Source: the human T2T-CHM13v2.0 reference genome, Homo sapiens. Taken from it: 64,000 nucleotides of DNA. Position numbers and translations under genes: made by a program. The DNA lies in NCBI RefSeq assembly GCF_009914755.1, contig NC_060930.1; one strand, 5' to 3'. This document shows, piece by piece, positions 1 to 13,653 of the stretch. Below the pieces are notes generated by a model. The model ran no database searches, was not told where the DNA came from, and saw nothing but the letters and a program-made list of their open reading frames with translations. Positions within the stretch are counted from its first letter, which is position 1; every line of letters begins with the position of its first letter.

Positions 1-570
1 GAGTGAGAACACACAGCATCTGATTTTCTGTTCCTGCATTAGTTTGCTAAGGATAATGGCCTCCAACTCCATCCATGTTCCTGGAAAAGACATGATCTCA
101 TTATTTTTAATGGCTGCATAGTAGTCCATGGTGTATATGTACCATATTTTCTTTATGCAGTCTACCATTGATGGGCATTTATCTTGATTCCATGTCTTTG
201 CTAGTGTGAATAGTGCTGCAATGAACATATACATGCATGTGTCTTTATGATAGAACAAGGTATATTCCTTTGGGTATATACTCAGTAATGAGATTGCTGG
301 GTCAAATGGCATTTCTGGTTTTAGGTCTTTGAAAGATTACCACCCTGTCTTCCACAATGGTTGAACTAATTTACACTCCGACCAGCAGTGTATAGTGTTC
401 CTTTTTCTCTGCAACCTCACCAGCATCTGTAATTTTTTGACTTCTTAGTAATAGCCTTTCTGACTGGTGTGAGATAGTATCTCATGGTGGCTTTGATATG
501 CATTTCTCTAATGGTCAGTGATGTAGAGCTTTTTTTCGTATGATTGTTGGCTGCATGTATTTCTTCTTCT
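1..570 (-). mobile_element. L1 fragment (L1PB/old L1PA-like; ORF2 end and 3'UTR)
   Basis: Antisense L1 3' text, e.g. GTTTGCTAAGGATAATGGCCTCC and GGTTGAACTAATTTACACTCC; runs off the left edge of the window. Confidence 0.9.
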
Positions 571-1639
571 TTTTTCTTTTTAATATTATATTGTATGTTT
601 AAAAATCTTGTTTTGATTAGTATGTGTCACATATATTTTTTAAAATTTCCATCAAACCACAGAAGTAAAACAACTGTGCTGTCTTTGGAAGAAAAATAAC
701 ACTCTAGTCAAGTCATCACAGACCATCCCAGCACAGGCTCATTTCCCTTTCACTTGATTTGGGGACAAACTGAGCCACAGCTACACAACATGGGACTTTC
801 TGAGCATCCCCTCATGTCCTGAAAGAACCTGCACTCATGCTCCCCATTGCTTGACACCCCACTGAGTCAGGTAGAACTTGTTTTCCTTCCAGATTAACTT
901 TGTGGTTACATGACATGAATGTTTAGGACAACAAGCAAATGTCTATCCCAGACAGAAAAGTTTCAATATTTTTACCCCTCTCTACCACTAACTTTATGTG
1001 TAAATAAGAATCTTCTTATTTTTTAACATAAATCAGATAGGCCCTGCCCCAGGATCTATCTGTCTATAAAATTTGTGTCATTTGCAAAGCCTGAAGTCAT
1101 GGCCTGCTGCTCCATCAGAGTGTCTTTCTCACTTACCTCTGATCCTATCATCCCACAACCAGTTCCTTTGTTGTAAGAGCATTGCAGTAGTGAATCGGGG
1201 TCTATGGAACACAGAGCAGTTAACCTGGGGGAGAAATTGCTTCCTAAGATGGCTCATTTCTTTCTTGCATGGGCTATGCAAAACCACAGAGAATGCTTGA
1301 CTTCTGAAAGGCTATGTTTTGACTCAAAAAGCTTCCAAAGGTCATCCTTTTGGTCTGGGTCCTCAGCATACTCTCCCCTTTTGGAGTCCCTGCTCTATTT
1401 CTTATGGAGTTGCATCCATTTATCCAAGCCCTGAATCTCCCCTCCTCCAACACAGGCAATATTGACCAAATCCAGACAGTGAAGCAGCCGTTCATGCCGT
1501 CCTTGAGATCTCACTGACGTGCCACCAGGATATCTCATCTCCCTTCCTATCTTTGAGAGAGTTGCATGTGATAGCACTTCCACAACCCAACCAAGGGACA
1601 GCTTCTTTCCTTTTTCCTTGATTTATAAATCCATTAATT

Positions 1640-1933
1640 TTTTTTTTTGAGACAGGGTCTCATTCTGTCACCCAGGATGGAGTGCAGTGGTGCACTCATA
1701 GCTCATTGACGCCTGCAACTCCTCAGCTCAAATGATCCTCCTTCCTCAGCCTCCTGAATATCTAGGACTACAGGTGCATGCCAACAGCCCAGCTAATTTT
1801 TTAATGTTTTTGTAGCGATAGGGTCTTGTTACATTGCCCAGGCTGGTCTTGAACTCCTGGACTCCTCAAGTGATCCTCCTGCCGTGGCCTCCCAAAGCAC
1901 TGGAATTACAGGCACAAGACACTGAGCCTAGCT
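1640..1933 (-). mobile_element. AluJ-type SINE
   Basis: Poly-T then GAGACAGGGTCTC, CTCAAATGATCCTCC, dimeric structure. Confidence 0.92.
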
Positions 1934-1951
1934 GATTCATTTTTCTTTCTC

Positions 1952-2015
1952 TTCCTTCCTTCCTTCCTTCCTTCCTTCCTTCCTTCCTTCCTTCCTTCCT
2001 TCCTTCCTTCCTTCC
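1952..2015. repeat. (TTCC)16 / (GGAA)16 microsatellite in an Alu tail
   Basis: 64 bp of uninterrupted TTCC units. Confidence 0.97.
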
Positions 2016-2039
2016 CTCTTTCCTTCCTTCTTTTTCTTT

Positions 2040-2349
<310 letters not shown>

Positions 2350-2823
2350 TAACATATTTTGTAATTATTTATAAGATACTTCTGATCTTTTGGGAAGATG
2401 AAAAATATATGAACATTTATTTATTAACATAAAGTTTTTACTTAAGTCGCTGGGCAGAAGCCAGAGCCTCAGGTATCTTTTGTGATCATTGGCATAAATC
2501 CAACAAATTGGACTGCTGTCCACTTGTAGAAAGAAAGTAGATTGTAGTTTCAGAGACAAATGATTTTGAATGCTGCCTCCTTGATGTGAGAGTCTGGAAG
2601 CACTTGTCTTCTCGTTAGTTAATGGACATAATATAAAGCATGGGTAAAATGATGCACCTATAATTAAAATAAATTTTGAAATATTGATTTGTTGATATCC
2701 TCAGAATTTTCTTACTAATCTTGCCCTCCCCTCTCCAGCGCCTATCAGCACTGAGGATATTTCTTATTTACTTCTTTTAAGGAAATAGCATTCCAAAATG
2801 GACAGAGAAAGTAAAGTCAACTC

Positions 2824-3147
2824 TTTTTTTTTTTTTTTTTTTGTAGACAGCATCTTACTCTGTTGCTCACACTGGAATGCAGTGATGTGATCATAGCTCA
2901 CTGCAGCCTTAAATTCCTGGGCTCAAGTGATTATCCTGCCTCAGCCTTCTGAGTAGCTGAGACCACAGGTGCATGCCACCACACCTGGCTAATTTTTTTA
3001 ATTTTTATTTTATTTATTTTTATTTTTTGTAGTGATGAGGTCTTGCTATGTTACCCAGGCTGGTCTTGAACTCCTGGTTGCAAGCAATCTTCCTGCCTTA
3101 GCCTCCCCAAATGTTGGGATTATAGGCATGAGCCACTGCACCTGGCC
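2824..3147 (-). mobile_element. AluJ-type SINE
   Basis: Poly-T, GATCATAGCTCACTGCAGCC; CAACTCT repeated on both flanks. Confidence 0.92.
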
Positions 3148-3780
3148 AACTCTCAGCTTTTGAGTTTCAGTATGAACTTTTGAAACTCATAGCAGAGGCA
3201 AGAATAAGAGAGAAAAGGATTTGGAGACACAAAAACCAAGGCCATAAAGAGCCAGTACTTAAATTTTTTCCATCAATAATGGGTCAGACAAATGTAAATG
3301 ATGTGATCATGTGTCTTCCCTTGGTAGAAGAGATGAAGATCCTCAGGGCTGGAGGAGAGAGAGAAGCAGAATGGTAAAGCAAGATTGAGGCTATCGTGAG
3401 CATCCTTCATATAATGCCTTGAACTCAACTCCGGACAAGTCAAGTACCATGGTGAAGGCAAACTGAGCCTCCATTTCTGAAATCAGAAGAACCCAAGCTG
3501 GTAAGCATAGCAGAGTCCCTCTACATTGCCATGGTGCTATAGCAGGAAGGCAGAGAAGCTATGTCTAGATAGACAGAGCCTGAGACAGCCCACTGAGGGC
3601 ATTGAAAAGATCCTTATGTCCCTTTGAGAGGAGGCTGAAATAGCTGATGAGAGCTGGTTGACCCGGAAAAGTCTCGTGGACAAGGCCCAGGGTGATCTCT
3701 TCTCACTATGCATCTTATGTTATTACTATGCACACGCTACCTTGGGACTCCTGTTGGCTCAGGATACACAAGTAATAATC

Positions 3781-4030
3781 GGCTGTGTAGTGTAATGATT
3801 AAAAGAATCAGTGTGGAGTCAATATGTCCAGTCTAATTCCTAGCCTTACCTTGTACTAGCTGGGGAATGTTAGAAAACATTCTTTACCTCTCTGTGCCTT
3901 GGCCTTTTTAAAAATCATAATGGGAAAGATGATAGCACCTATCTCCTATGGAAGGACTAAATAAGTGAATCTAAAAACTTAGAAAAATGCCTGGCCCAGA
4001 ATAAATACCTTATGTGTTGGCAAAAATAAC
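3781..4030 (+). mobile_element. MIR SINE
   Basis: Resembles MIR core (TACTAGCTG..TTTACCTCTCTGTGCCT..ATAGCACCTATCTC). Confidence 0.7.
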
Positions 4031-4344
4031 AATGATTAGGATTATTAGTAGTAGTGCTATTATTTTGTGATTTCTCTTATAATAACCTCCCTTTCTTTCC
4101 TGCCGTCCTTGCCTGTTAAACTCTGATATATCCTTCCAAACTATCAATTATGTCTGCCCAAATTGGCAGCTCTCATCAGAGCCACATGACCAGAAGAGAT
4201 CCAGGTCTCTAAAAGAAGAAGGGAGAGACTGTGGGTCAGGGCGGACACAATTTAGAGTTGTGGTCCGGGGATGAGCAAGTGACTAGGGTTGGGCCAATCA
4301 TGGGACTTCTTTAACTCTAAAATGCTCATAGTTCAGAAACATGG

Positions 4345-4555
4345 AGGTTTGTGGAGATTTTATTTGCAAGAGCAGTTTTACTGGGGTGGTAGTGAAGGAG
4401 CATACGCCAGGTTGTTGTGTGTTGAGGACTGAATGGGAGGGAAGTCTGTGGAAACAGCACAGATAGAATCCTTATTCAAGTTGTGTAGCTGTGAAGGAAG
4501 GGGAGATTAGGTCCTTGCCATTGAGGAGAAAGAGGAATTGGGAAACTGTGATTTT
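4345..4555 (-). mobile_element. L2 fragment
   Basis: GCAAGAGCAGTTTTA..GTTGAGGACTGAATGGGAGG..GCTGTGAAGGAAG resembles antisense L2. Confidence 0.55.
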
Positions 4556-4810
4556 AAATGGGCCACACACGTGGAAGTTGAACTGACCCTGGGTGATAAA
4601 AATGAGCCGAAGTCCTGAAGAATCTGTGAAAATAGCCAGGACATCCGTGGTCCAACCAGCTGAAAAGATCTGCAAAAGAGAAAGAATTTTTGCATAAAAA
4701 TAAAGTAACAGTGACCTGAAGTAGTGGAGTTTACACTTCCAGTTGCAGGTTCTTGAGGAAGGGCCTCAGAGCTCTGTCCAGCTGGCATAGTGTAGTCGGT
4801 CCAAGTGAGT

Positions 4811-5509
4811 AGGCTGAACTGTGCCCCTCCAAAATCTGTATTTTGATGCCCTAACTCCCCAGTACCTCTCCTATATTCAGAGATCAGGCCATAAGAAGAT
4901 GATTACGTTAAAAATGCATTCATTAAGCATCGAGTAAGACATAGACAGAGGGATGACCATGTGAGGGAGGACATGGTGAGAAGGCGGCCGTCTGCAAGCC
5001 AAGGGCAGTCTTCAGAAGAAACCAAACTTATTGATGTCTTGATCTTGGACTTTTAGCATCCAGAATTGTGAGTGTATCAGTCTGTTTTCACACTGCTGAT
5101 AAAGACATAACCAAGACTGGGTAATTTATAAAGAAAAAGAGGTTTAATGGACTCACAGTTCCACATGGCTGGGGAGGCCTCACAATCATGGCGGAAGGCA
5201 AAAGGCATGTCTCACATGGTGGCAGACAAGAGAAGAGAGCTTGTGCAAGGAAACTCCCCTTATAAAACCATCAGATCTTGTGAGACTTACTCACTATCAC
5301 GAGAATGGCACAGGAAAGACCTGCCCCCAGGATTCAATTACATTCCACCAGGTCCCTCCCACAACACGTGGGAATTGTGGGAGCTACAATCCAAGATGAG
5401 ATTCGAGTGGGGACACAGCCAAACTATATCAGTGTGAAAATAAATTTCTGTTGTTTAAACCACCAGTCTGTGGTATTTTGTTATGGCACTGTTCGCACAA
5501 AAATAAACA
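4811..5509 (+). mobile_element. MLT1-type MaLR LTR, interrupted by a THE1 LTR
   Basis: GGCTGAACTGTGCCCCTCCAAAAT start, TGCAAGCCAAGG, and resumed 3' end AATAAATTTCTGTTGTTTAAACCACCAGTCTGTGGTATTTTGTTATGGCA. Confidence 0.8.
5073..5431 (-). mobile_element. THE1B/C-type MaLR solo LTR
   Basis: TG..CA ends, CTGCTGATAAAGACATA, GGGGACACAGCCAAAC; 5-bp TSD GTGAG/GTGTG. Confidence 0.92.
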
Positions 5510-5996
5510 GATAGAGTTAGCCAAGGATAGGGAGTTTGGCTAGGACAGAAGAAATGAAGGATGTAAAATCCGTCTCATGAGGGCAGGCCCACACAAAAAG
5601 CCACCAGGTGGACTGATAGTCCCAGGCCAGACTTCTCTGTGTCCTTTTGTAAAGGGAACATGCTCTGTGGGAGGAAGAGGCCAAGCAGGACTGAGCTGCT
5701 CCGTTGTAGGCACTGGTCTGAGCAACAGAAGGCTGGTTCCTTGGGTGGCACTTCTGAGTATTTAGAGAAATATCCTAATTCTCAGGAGACACAGGATTGC
5801 ATAATTTGCAAAACTTTCTGAGACTCAGAGTAAGATATTGGGTCCAAATGGGAAGACTAACCAGTGAGGATAAAAGCTTCTCTGATTCAGGAGACTTAAG
5901 GGTTCTTTCCAAAGCTGTGGTGGTTCCTGCAGTTCCTGCCCTGCCTAGAATCTTGCCAACATGGAATTGCCTGATGGTAGACTTTGAGCTCTAAAC

Positions 5997-6535
5997 CAGA
6001 GGTCTCTAACCCCCGGGCCACAGCCACCGTTACCTTCTGCTGTGCAGCGGGGTTCCTAACAGGCTGCACAGCGGGAGGTGAGCAGCAGGTGAGCAAGAGA
6101 AGATTCATCTGTATTTATAGCCACTCCCCATTGCTCACATTACTGCCCGAGCTCCGCCCCTGTCAGATCAGCGGAGGCATTAGATTATCATAGGAGCATG
6201 AACCTTATTGTGAACTGCACATGCGACGGATCTAGGTTGCAGGCTCTTTATGAGAATCTAATACTTGATGATCTGTCACTGTCTCCCATCACCCCCAGAT
6301 AGGACCATCTAGTTTCAAGAAGACAAGCTCACGGTTCCCACTGATTCTAGATTATGGTGAGTTGTATAATCATTTCATTATATATTAAAATGCAATAATA
6401 ATAGAAATGAAGTGCACAATAAATGTAATGTGCTTGGATCGTCCCGAAACCATCCCCCTCACCCTGGTCCGTGGAAAAATTGTCTTCCATGAAACAGGTC
6501 CCTGATCCCTGGTGCCAAAAGTATAGGGACCGCTG
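5997..6535 (+). mobile_element. MER1A (hAT-Charlie non-autonomous DNA transposon), full length
   Basis: CAG..CTG termini, MER1A internal sequence, perfect 8-bp TSD CTCTAAAC (5989-5996 / 6536-6543). Confidence 0.92.
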
Positions 6536-7257
6536 CTCTAAACCATGACCTGAAATGCCCCTGAGCACCCATGCTTACCTGACCATAAAGGTGCCAAGCC
6601 TGGTCCAGGACCCTGATCCATGGTGACCTATATCCCAGCAGGGAGGAGAAGCACTTACTACACATCACCTTCATAAGAACCTAACCCAGAAGACTTGCAT
6701 TGGAAGGGTCACTGCCCTCACTTGGTGACCCCTTGCCAGCACTCCTACAAATACATAGCATGTTAAGCAGAAACTCCTTGGATTTCCTCCCTTGCAATGC
6801 CGTGACATAAAAGGTATTGAATGGGGTTGAATTAATAGAGGAAATATAACTACCAATGATGACAGTCTTGTAAGTATCACACTCAGGGTATCCATATCAT
6901 TATAAAAGCTCAATCCCAGGAGAGGAAAGGGAGGTACATGAGAGATTTCCTAGTGTCAGGAATGTCTAGGTCTCTGTGTTTTTCAGTATTGATCTATTTC
7001 TTATTCCAAGCAGGTTTTTAAAGTATTTTTCTTCTGGCAGTTGTCTCATTGTCATGTACTCTTGGTTCCTGGTTGAAAAACTCTTGGGTTTTTTCCCCTC
7101 TTCAGCTTTTTCGGTTCTTAATTTGGTTAAATTGTTTTAAACCTTCCTCATCAGTACTGTGTATAATATCATATCTAAGAGTTTATATACTAATTGATAT
7201 GCTTGTAATCTTTCTAGTACTTCTAACAAATCAGTAAATCAGCAAAAAAGAGGGTCA

Positions 7258-7558
7258 GGCCAGGCATGGTGGCTCATGCCTGTAATCCCAGCATGTTGGG
7301 ACACCAAGGCAGGTGGATTGCCTGAGTCCAGAAATTCAAGACCACCATGGGCAACATGATGAGATCCCATCTCTACAAAAATTTAAAAAATTAGCCAGGC
7401 ATGGCTAACTCCTGTGGTTCCCAGCTAATCAGGAGGCTGAGGTGAGAGGATTGCTTGAGCCTGGGAGATTGAATATGTAGGGAGCCAAGACTGTGCCACT
7501 GCGCTGTAGCCTGGGCAACAGAGTGAGACCCTGTCTCAAAAAAAAAAAAAAAAAAAAA
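7258..7558 (+). mobile_element. AluJ-type SINE
   Basis: GGCCAGGCATGGTGGCTCATGCC through poly-A; TSD includes GAGGGTCA. Confidence 0.92.
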
Positions 7559-9719
7559 GGAGGGTCATATTTGTCTTCAACTTTAAAAATGTCTGTCCTT
7601 TGAGCGGGAGCTGCAAGTTAAAATTTTAAGAAATGTTTAGAGTAAAATGGAACAATTCTCCCTGGTGAGAGAATTCACTTCTTCATTGCTGGTGCTATTT
7701 CTTTACAGAGTTTTGCAATAGGGATTAGGAGGAAGGGTGAATCAGAGCCCCCGCTTGTGGTTTCACTGTCTTATTTATCTCCTCGACTTGCTGAGACAGA
7801 AGGGGAAATCCGGGGAGGGGTTGGGTGGAGGTGAGAAGAGGAGAAACAGATAAAGAAACACAGAAAAAGAGAGCAGATAAATGGAGAGGGAACACGCATA
7901 TTATAAGGGAGTAAAAAATGAGAACCGAAAGAGGCATAAGTTAGGCATTAAAACTTTTATGTCATCTTGTATTTACTTGCTAGAATATAAGCATAGAGAT
8001 TAGATGGTTTAATGAGTGTGTGTGTTTGTGCACGTGCACATGGATGCATGCTATTTTCAGCAGGGATAGTATAAGTCCTTGGAGCACTTAGCAGCAGGCT
8101 AAACAAATTGTCTGAACTGCCTTAAATGCTCTGAGCAAACTTGCCATTTTTATTCATGGGCCTCTGAGCCATGGCTCCCAGTGGATACATGAAGATTAAA
8201 TAAATTATCTTTCTGATCATTAGTGAGCCCACTATCTTATTCATGGCAAAGGTGGAGCCTGCAGTAATTCTGTGGACAGAACCTTAGCTTTAAGTTGGGC
8301 AAGAAAAGGTTTTGTCTTTACCCTTGTTTTAATGCAAGGGGGCTATGCAGAGGATAAACAGGTGCATAGGCCCAACCCTAGCCCACCCAGCTGGTGGGGC
8401 AGGGCCAGGGCATGGAAAAGGGGATGAGAGGCCATCTTGCCAGCTGGGGTCTGATCACCGAAAGAGTGGCTTCAAGCAGTAATGCTCATTCTTCTCTAGC
8501 GGCAAGACTCTGCTTCAATGCAAAGAGAGGGAGACCTGGAGGGAGGCTGTTGTGTGTTCCTCATGGAATATGGATTCCTACAAGACAAGAAGAACAAAGG
8601 CCTGCCCAATGTGACCAGGAAAGATGTGCATCCCCTGCAAGGGCCCAGCGTGCCTTTTCTTGCTCTGAATCTACAGCTTTTTATATCCCTCCAGGCCAAG
8701 ACCTTCTGTGCCTCTGCTTCTTCCCTTCTATCTGGCGATGACCTCCAGCCTGGACCCATAATCGGGGTCAGCAGGGAAATGGAAGATCTATTCTGCAAAC
8801 TGCCTCTTTCCCCTGCTGTCTCCCCCGACTCGGTCCTCTCCCAAAGGTTTGTTCTCCTGTTAGATGTCAAGTTGATGATTCTAAATCCCAGATGTGTCAT
8901 GCTCAGTTAGTGAATAACAGACTGTCAAATAGAGCAATAAATCTTCTCGCTCAGTGACTGCTGTGCAGAGCTGCCATGCCACAGCACTCACATACCCACT
9001 AATTCTGTGTGATGAGTGAGGCTGGCGGCAGCCCTGTGTCCTCCAGGGACTGGTATCAAGGTGCAAACATATTGAGATGGGATGATTGCTGGATCCATCC
9101 TGCTTTCCCAGCCCCTCAGTTCATGACTAGAAATCCAAAGGCAGCCTGCCATGTAAGCTCTGTTAATTACGTTGGCTGAATGCCTCTTTGGAATCTCTAT
9201 CCTTCCTGAGATTCTGACAACTTTTTCAGAGAATAGCCCGGTCCGGGCAAATTACTGGTTTGGATTGTTGTATGAGGTTGTTTTCTATCACAGGGATTCC
9301 TTTATTTTTCTTTATTAAGTGATAAGAAGTGGAGCTTTTCTTTGGTATCTCTCCCTTAGGGAGACACCATTCAGAACACTGGGGATTCCTCTTTTCTCCT
9401 ACTAGGTTTGATCCCTTAGCCAATCCTCTGGAGAGAAAGCACTGAGTTGGTTTTCATAAGGTCTAGGGAATGGAATAAAATGGATTCATGGAATCCAGAC
9501 AAATACATTCCTAGCTTCACAGCCCTTCTATTAATATACAGTTGCATTTTCCTAGGTGAGACTGTCTCCAGCAAAGAAAGGCCTAAGTCATCAATTGCCA
9601 TATTTGCCGATAAGTGAATATGGCCACCATGGTAACAGAATTCTGTTCATATCTGTGCTGTCAGAAATATTTGGAGCCCTGTATGAACATCCCTAAGACT
9701 GTAATGTAATGTCCCCCAC

Positions 9720-9985
9720 TCAATGACTAAGAGCAAGGAATTCTAGACAGACTGCTGTGGTTTGAATCCCGCCTCTGCTACGCTGTGTCTTCCTCATAGA
9801 AAATGCATTCTTGGGGAGGAATTCCTACAAGACGCACTCTGAGCCTTAGTTTTTATGGCATAATATTAGTTCTTACTACATAAAGCCAAATCACATATCA
9901 AATGACATAATGCATGTAAAGTGTTTAGTACCAAGTCTGGCATACAGTAAGTGTTCGGGATGTGATTGGAATTATTAGTATAATA
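9720..9985 (+). mobile_element. MIR SINE
   Basis: GGTTTGAATCCCGCCTCTGC and TAATGCATGTAAAGTGTTTAG..TGGCATACAGTAAGTG. Confidence 0.7.
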
Positions 9986-10493
9986 ACATTGATGATCAGG
10001 ATTTGAGTGTGTAATGCTTACTGTTGCATTACAACTTATTCTTCTGCCATTAACAATCATTTACTACTTCTCTATGTGTGTATGTGGGAGGTGGAGTGTT
10101 TTGTAAAATCAGCATTTCTATCAGAATTGTGAAATGTAAAATTGGGATTTGATTGTGCTCTTTTGGAGAAACTGAATGATTTTAACATTCAGCTTGTCTG
10201 GGTATTATTTAGCTGGATGCAAGTATGAAGAAATCCCTTTATACCCTTAGAGTATATTTGATATTTTGTTTTTTCTTCAGGTCCTAGAAGAAGAGATACA
10301 CATCATGGGAAGGATATACAGGTAGGGATCTTTAGAAATGGCATTACTATATTAATATTTATGTCCTCTAGTAAGATATAGGTTTCTGTGTAGGTAGGGA
10401 ATAGAACATCCAAGTATAGACTTTTCTAATCATGGATTTCACAATTTATTTGTGTCCCACAGAAGCTACTACAAATGAAGCAAAAAAAACAAA

Positions 10494-10791
<298 letters not shown>

Positions 10792-11339
10792 TGACTTTCT
10801 GGCAAATATCTTGTGATTCATTCACTATGTACTTGGGTTCAGAATTTGTCCTCTTTAGGTAAAAGTCTTCAGTTTTCACACAGAAACTGTTAGAAAGCCA
10901 ACATATCCCCCTCCCTAGCTCAACTATTAAATGTGTTGCTTCTGAAAGCATAGACTACTTGCTCCATGCCAAATTTTATTTGCCCGCATAAGCTCCTCTA
11001 CAGTTAACAATCCAAAATATGCCTCCTGTAGGTTCCATAATGAACTAACTACTCAATGGAATCTGAGAGTTTCCATTTCAAATGCAAAATCCCAAAGACA
11101 TCCATGTACTTTGTGTTTTTCTTGAAAGCCTATTGTCTCCTTCCTTCTGATGTTCTATTATGACAGCCTATGTTAAAGTAATTTTTCAAAAGATGCATTA
11201 GCTCAGAGCACATTTTCACTGTATGCCAAGGGGAAGCCAGTGCTGGTGCTTGTCCATGGGTGGCTTCTGCTTATAGAATTATGGAATTCTTAACCAAAAG
11301 AGCGACCAGTGTGACTTCTTCTAGAGGAGGCCTGAAATA

Positions 11340-11520
11340 GTAACAGGAAAGAGTTTTGACTCTTTTACTTATTGCTGTGGGTCTCTAGGAGATCACTTAA
11401 ACTCTCTGAATCTCAGTCTCCACCTCCGTGAAATGAGAAGGTGATGAAAATATGGTGATAAGCTGATCAAATATGCATCACTTCTGGGCATGTGGTAGTA
11501 GTTCAACAACAATAGCTATT
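11340..11520 (+). mobile_element. MIR fragment
   Basis: TCACTTAAACTCTCTGAATCTCAGTCTCCACCTCCGTGAAATG matches the MIR core. Confidence 0.6.
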
Positions 11521-11869
11521 AGGAGGGTCATCATTCAGTGAAACATAGTTACTTTGGAGACAGAAAAAGTTACACCAAGGCAATGACTTACTTGTAAGCA
11601 ATTCATTCATTCATTCGTTCAGTTATTCAGTGTTCAAGTAAGCATGTGTAGATCGCTTATTTCAGGAGGTTACAAGGTTTGTGTGAGTAGGGACTCTGGC
11701 TTGAACATATTTGATCAGAGTGAAAAGGCATTAAAAAACATAAATGTTTCATTTAGCAACATACCTTTTTTCAAGGTCAGGATCCCCAAATCTTTAGAAG
11801 CTACTTACTTGAAGACGGGGACTTCTTAATGAGTTTACTTCTTGTCTCAAAACCAGAATCTTAAGATAA

Positions 11870-12540
<671 letters not shown>

Positions 12541-13491
12541 TAGAGACTGTGATTAATCAGGCCTTGCTGATATTTCCAGTATCTTGTTTATTTAAACGAA
12601 AGGTTTGATGTGCAAATAAATGTACAAACTAAGGACGTGAAGTAAAAGAAATAATTTTTATAATAGTTTTTAGGTTATTTTTGAAGATTTGTTTTAGAGA
12701 TTGAAATAACACCCTATTTCTGCTTAAAGCTGTTATATTCTGTTTAATCCTGTTTTAGACATTTAAATTTCAGGTGCATCTTTAAGTCCATGATAAGGAT
12801 ATGGCTATGCAAGAAACACTCATTCCCCACCTTATCCCATGTGATGGACAGCTGGTTTCACAGCAGCTGGATGGGAACATTTGCCTTGCTTTCACTCTTG
12901 TTCTTTCCATCCCTCTCAATTCTGGTCTATTCTCAGCTCCTGGCTTTTCTTCTGGGGGTTGCCATTTTCAAATGAAGACAGATTTGTTATTTTGTTTTTG
13001 TGTTTTTGACCCTCAGCATCACCTCTAGATATCACCAGAGCTCTTACTTGACATTGGAGACCTTCCTGTCCTTGTCCTTCTAGGGCAGCACTCCTAGCTC
13101 AAGGACCACAGAAGTCCCCATTCTCTAGGACTCCACATTCCTCGTTCCCACAGATCTCTACTGGACCAGTAGTGAGATAACTCCTGGAGAATAAGTCCAA
13201 GGAAATCAGTCACCCATATAAGCAATCAATTTACAAGCCACTTGTAAAGAATATGAATTAGAAAAAGATAATTGTTACATTTCCTCACAGAGCAGAACCG
13301 CTTAACTTCTACTTTCTGCTTTTTAGACCATCGGAGGTAGGGGACAGAGTGACATAGGAAAAACACTGACCATCTTCGGAACAAAGAGACAATTAAAAAC
13401 TAGAGAAATGTCCATTTCAAAACCAGCTCGTGCAGAGCTAACTTAAGCTCTGAGGCCAGAAATGAGTCCTGAACACAAAACAAAAGTTTTA

Positions 13492-13653
<162 letters not shown>

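Noticed and set aside
5600-5614. CTCF-like GCCACCAGGTGGACT
   Set aside because: Mismatch at a conserved position after GG; a single motif is not enough without ChIP data.
8027-8040. 14-bp palindrome TGTGCACGTGCACA
   Set aside because: Derived from an adjacent TG-repeat tract; a few palindromes of this size are expected by chance.
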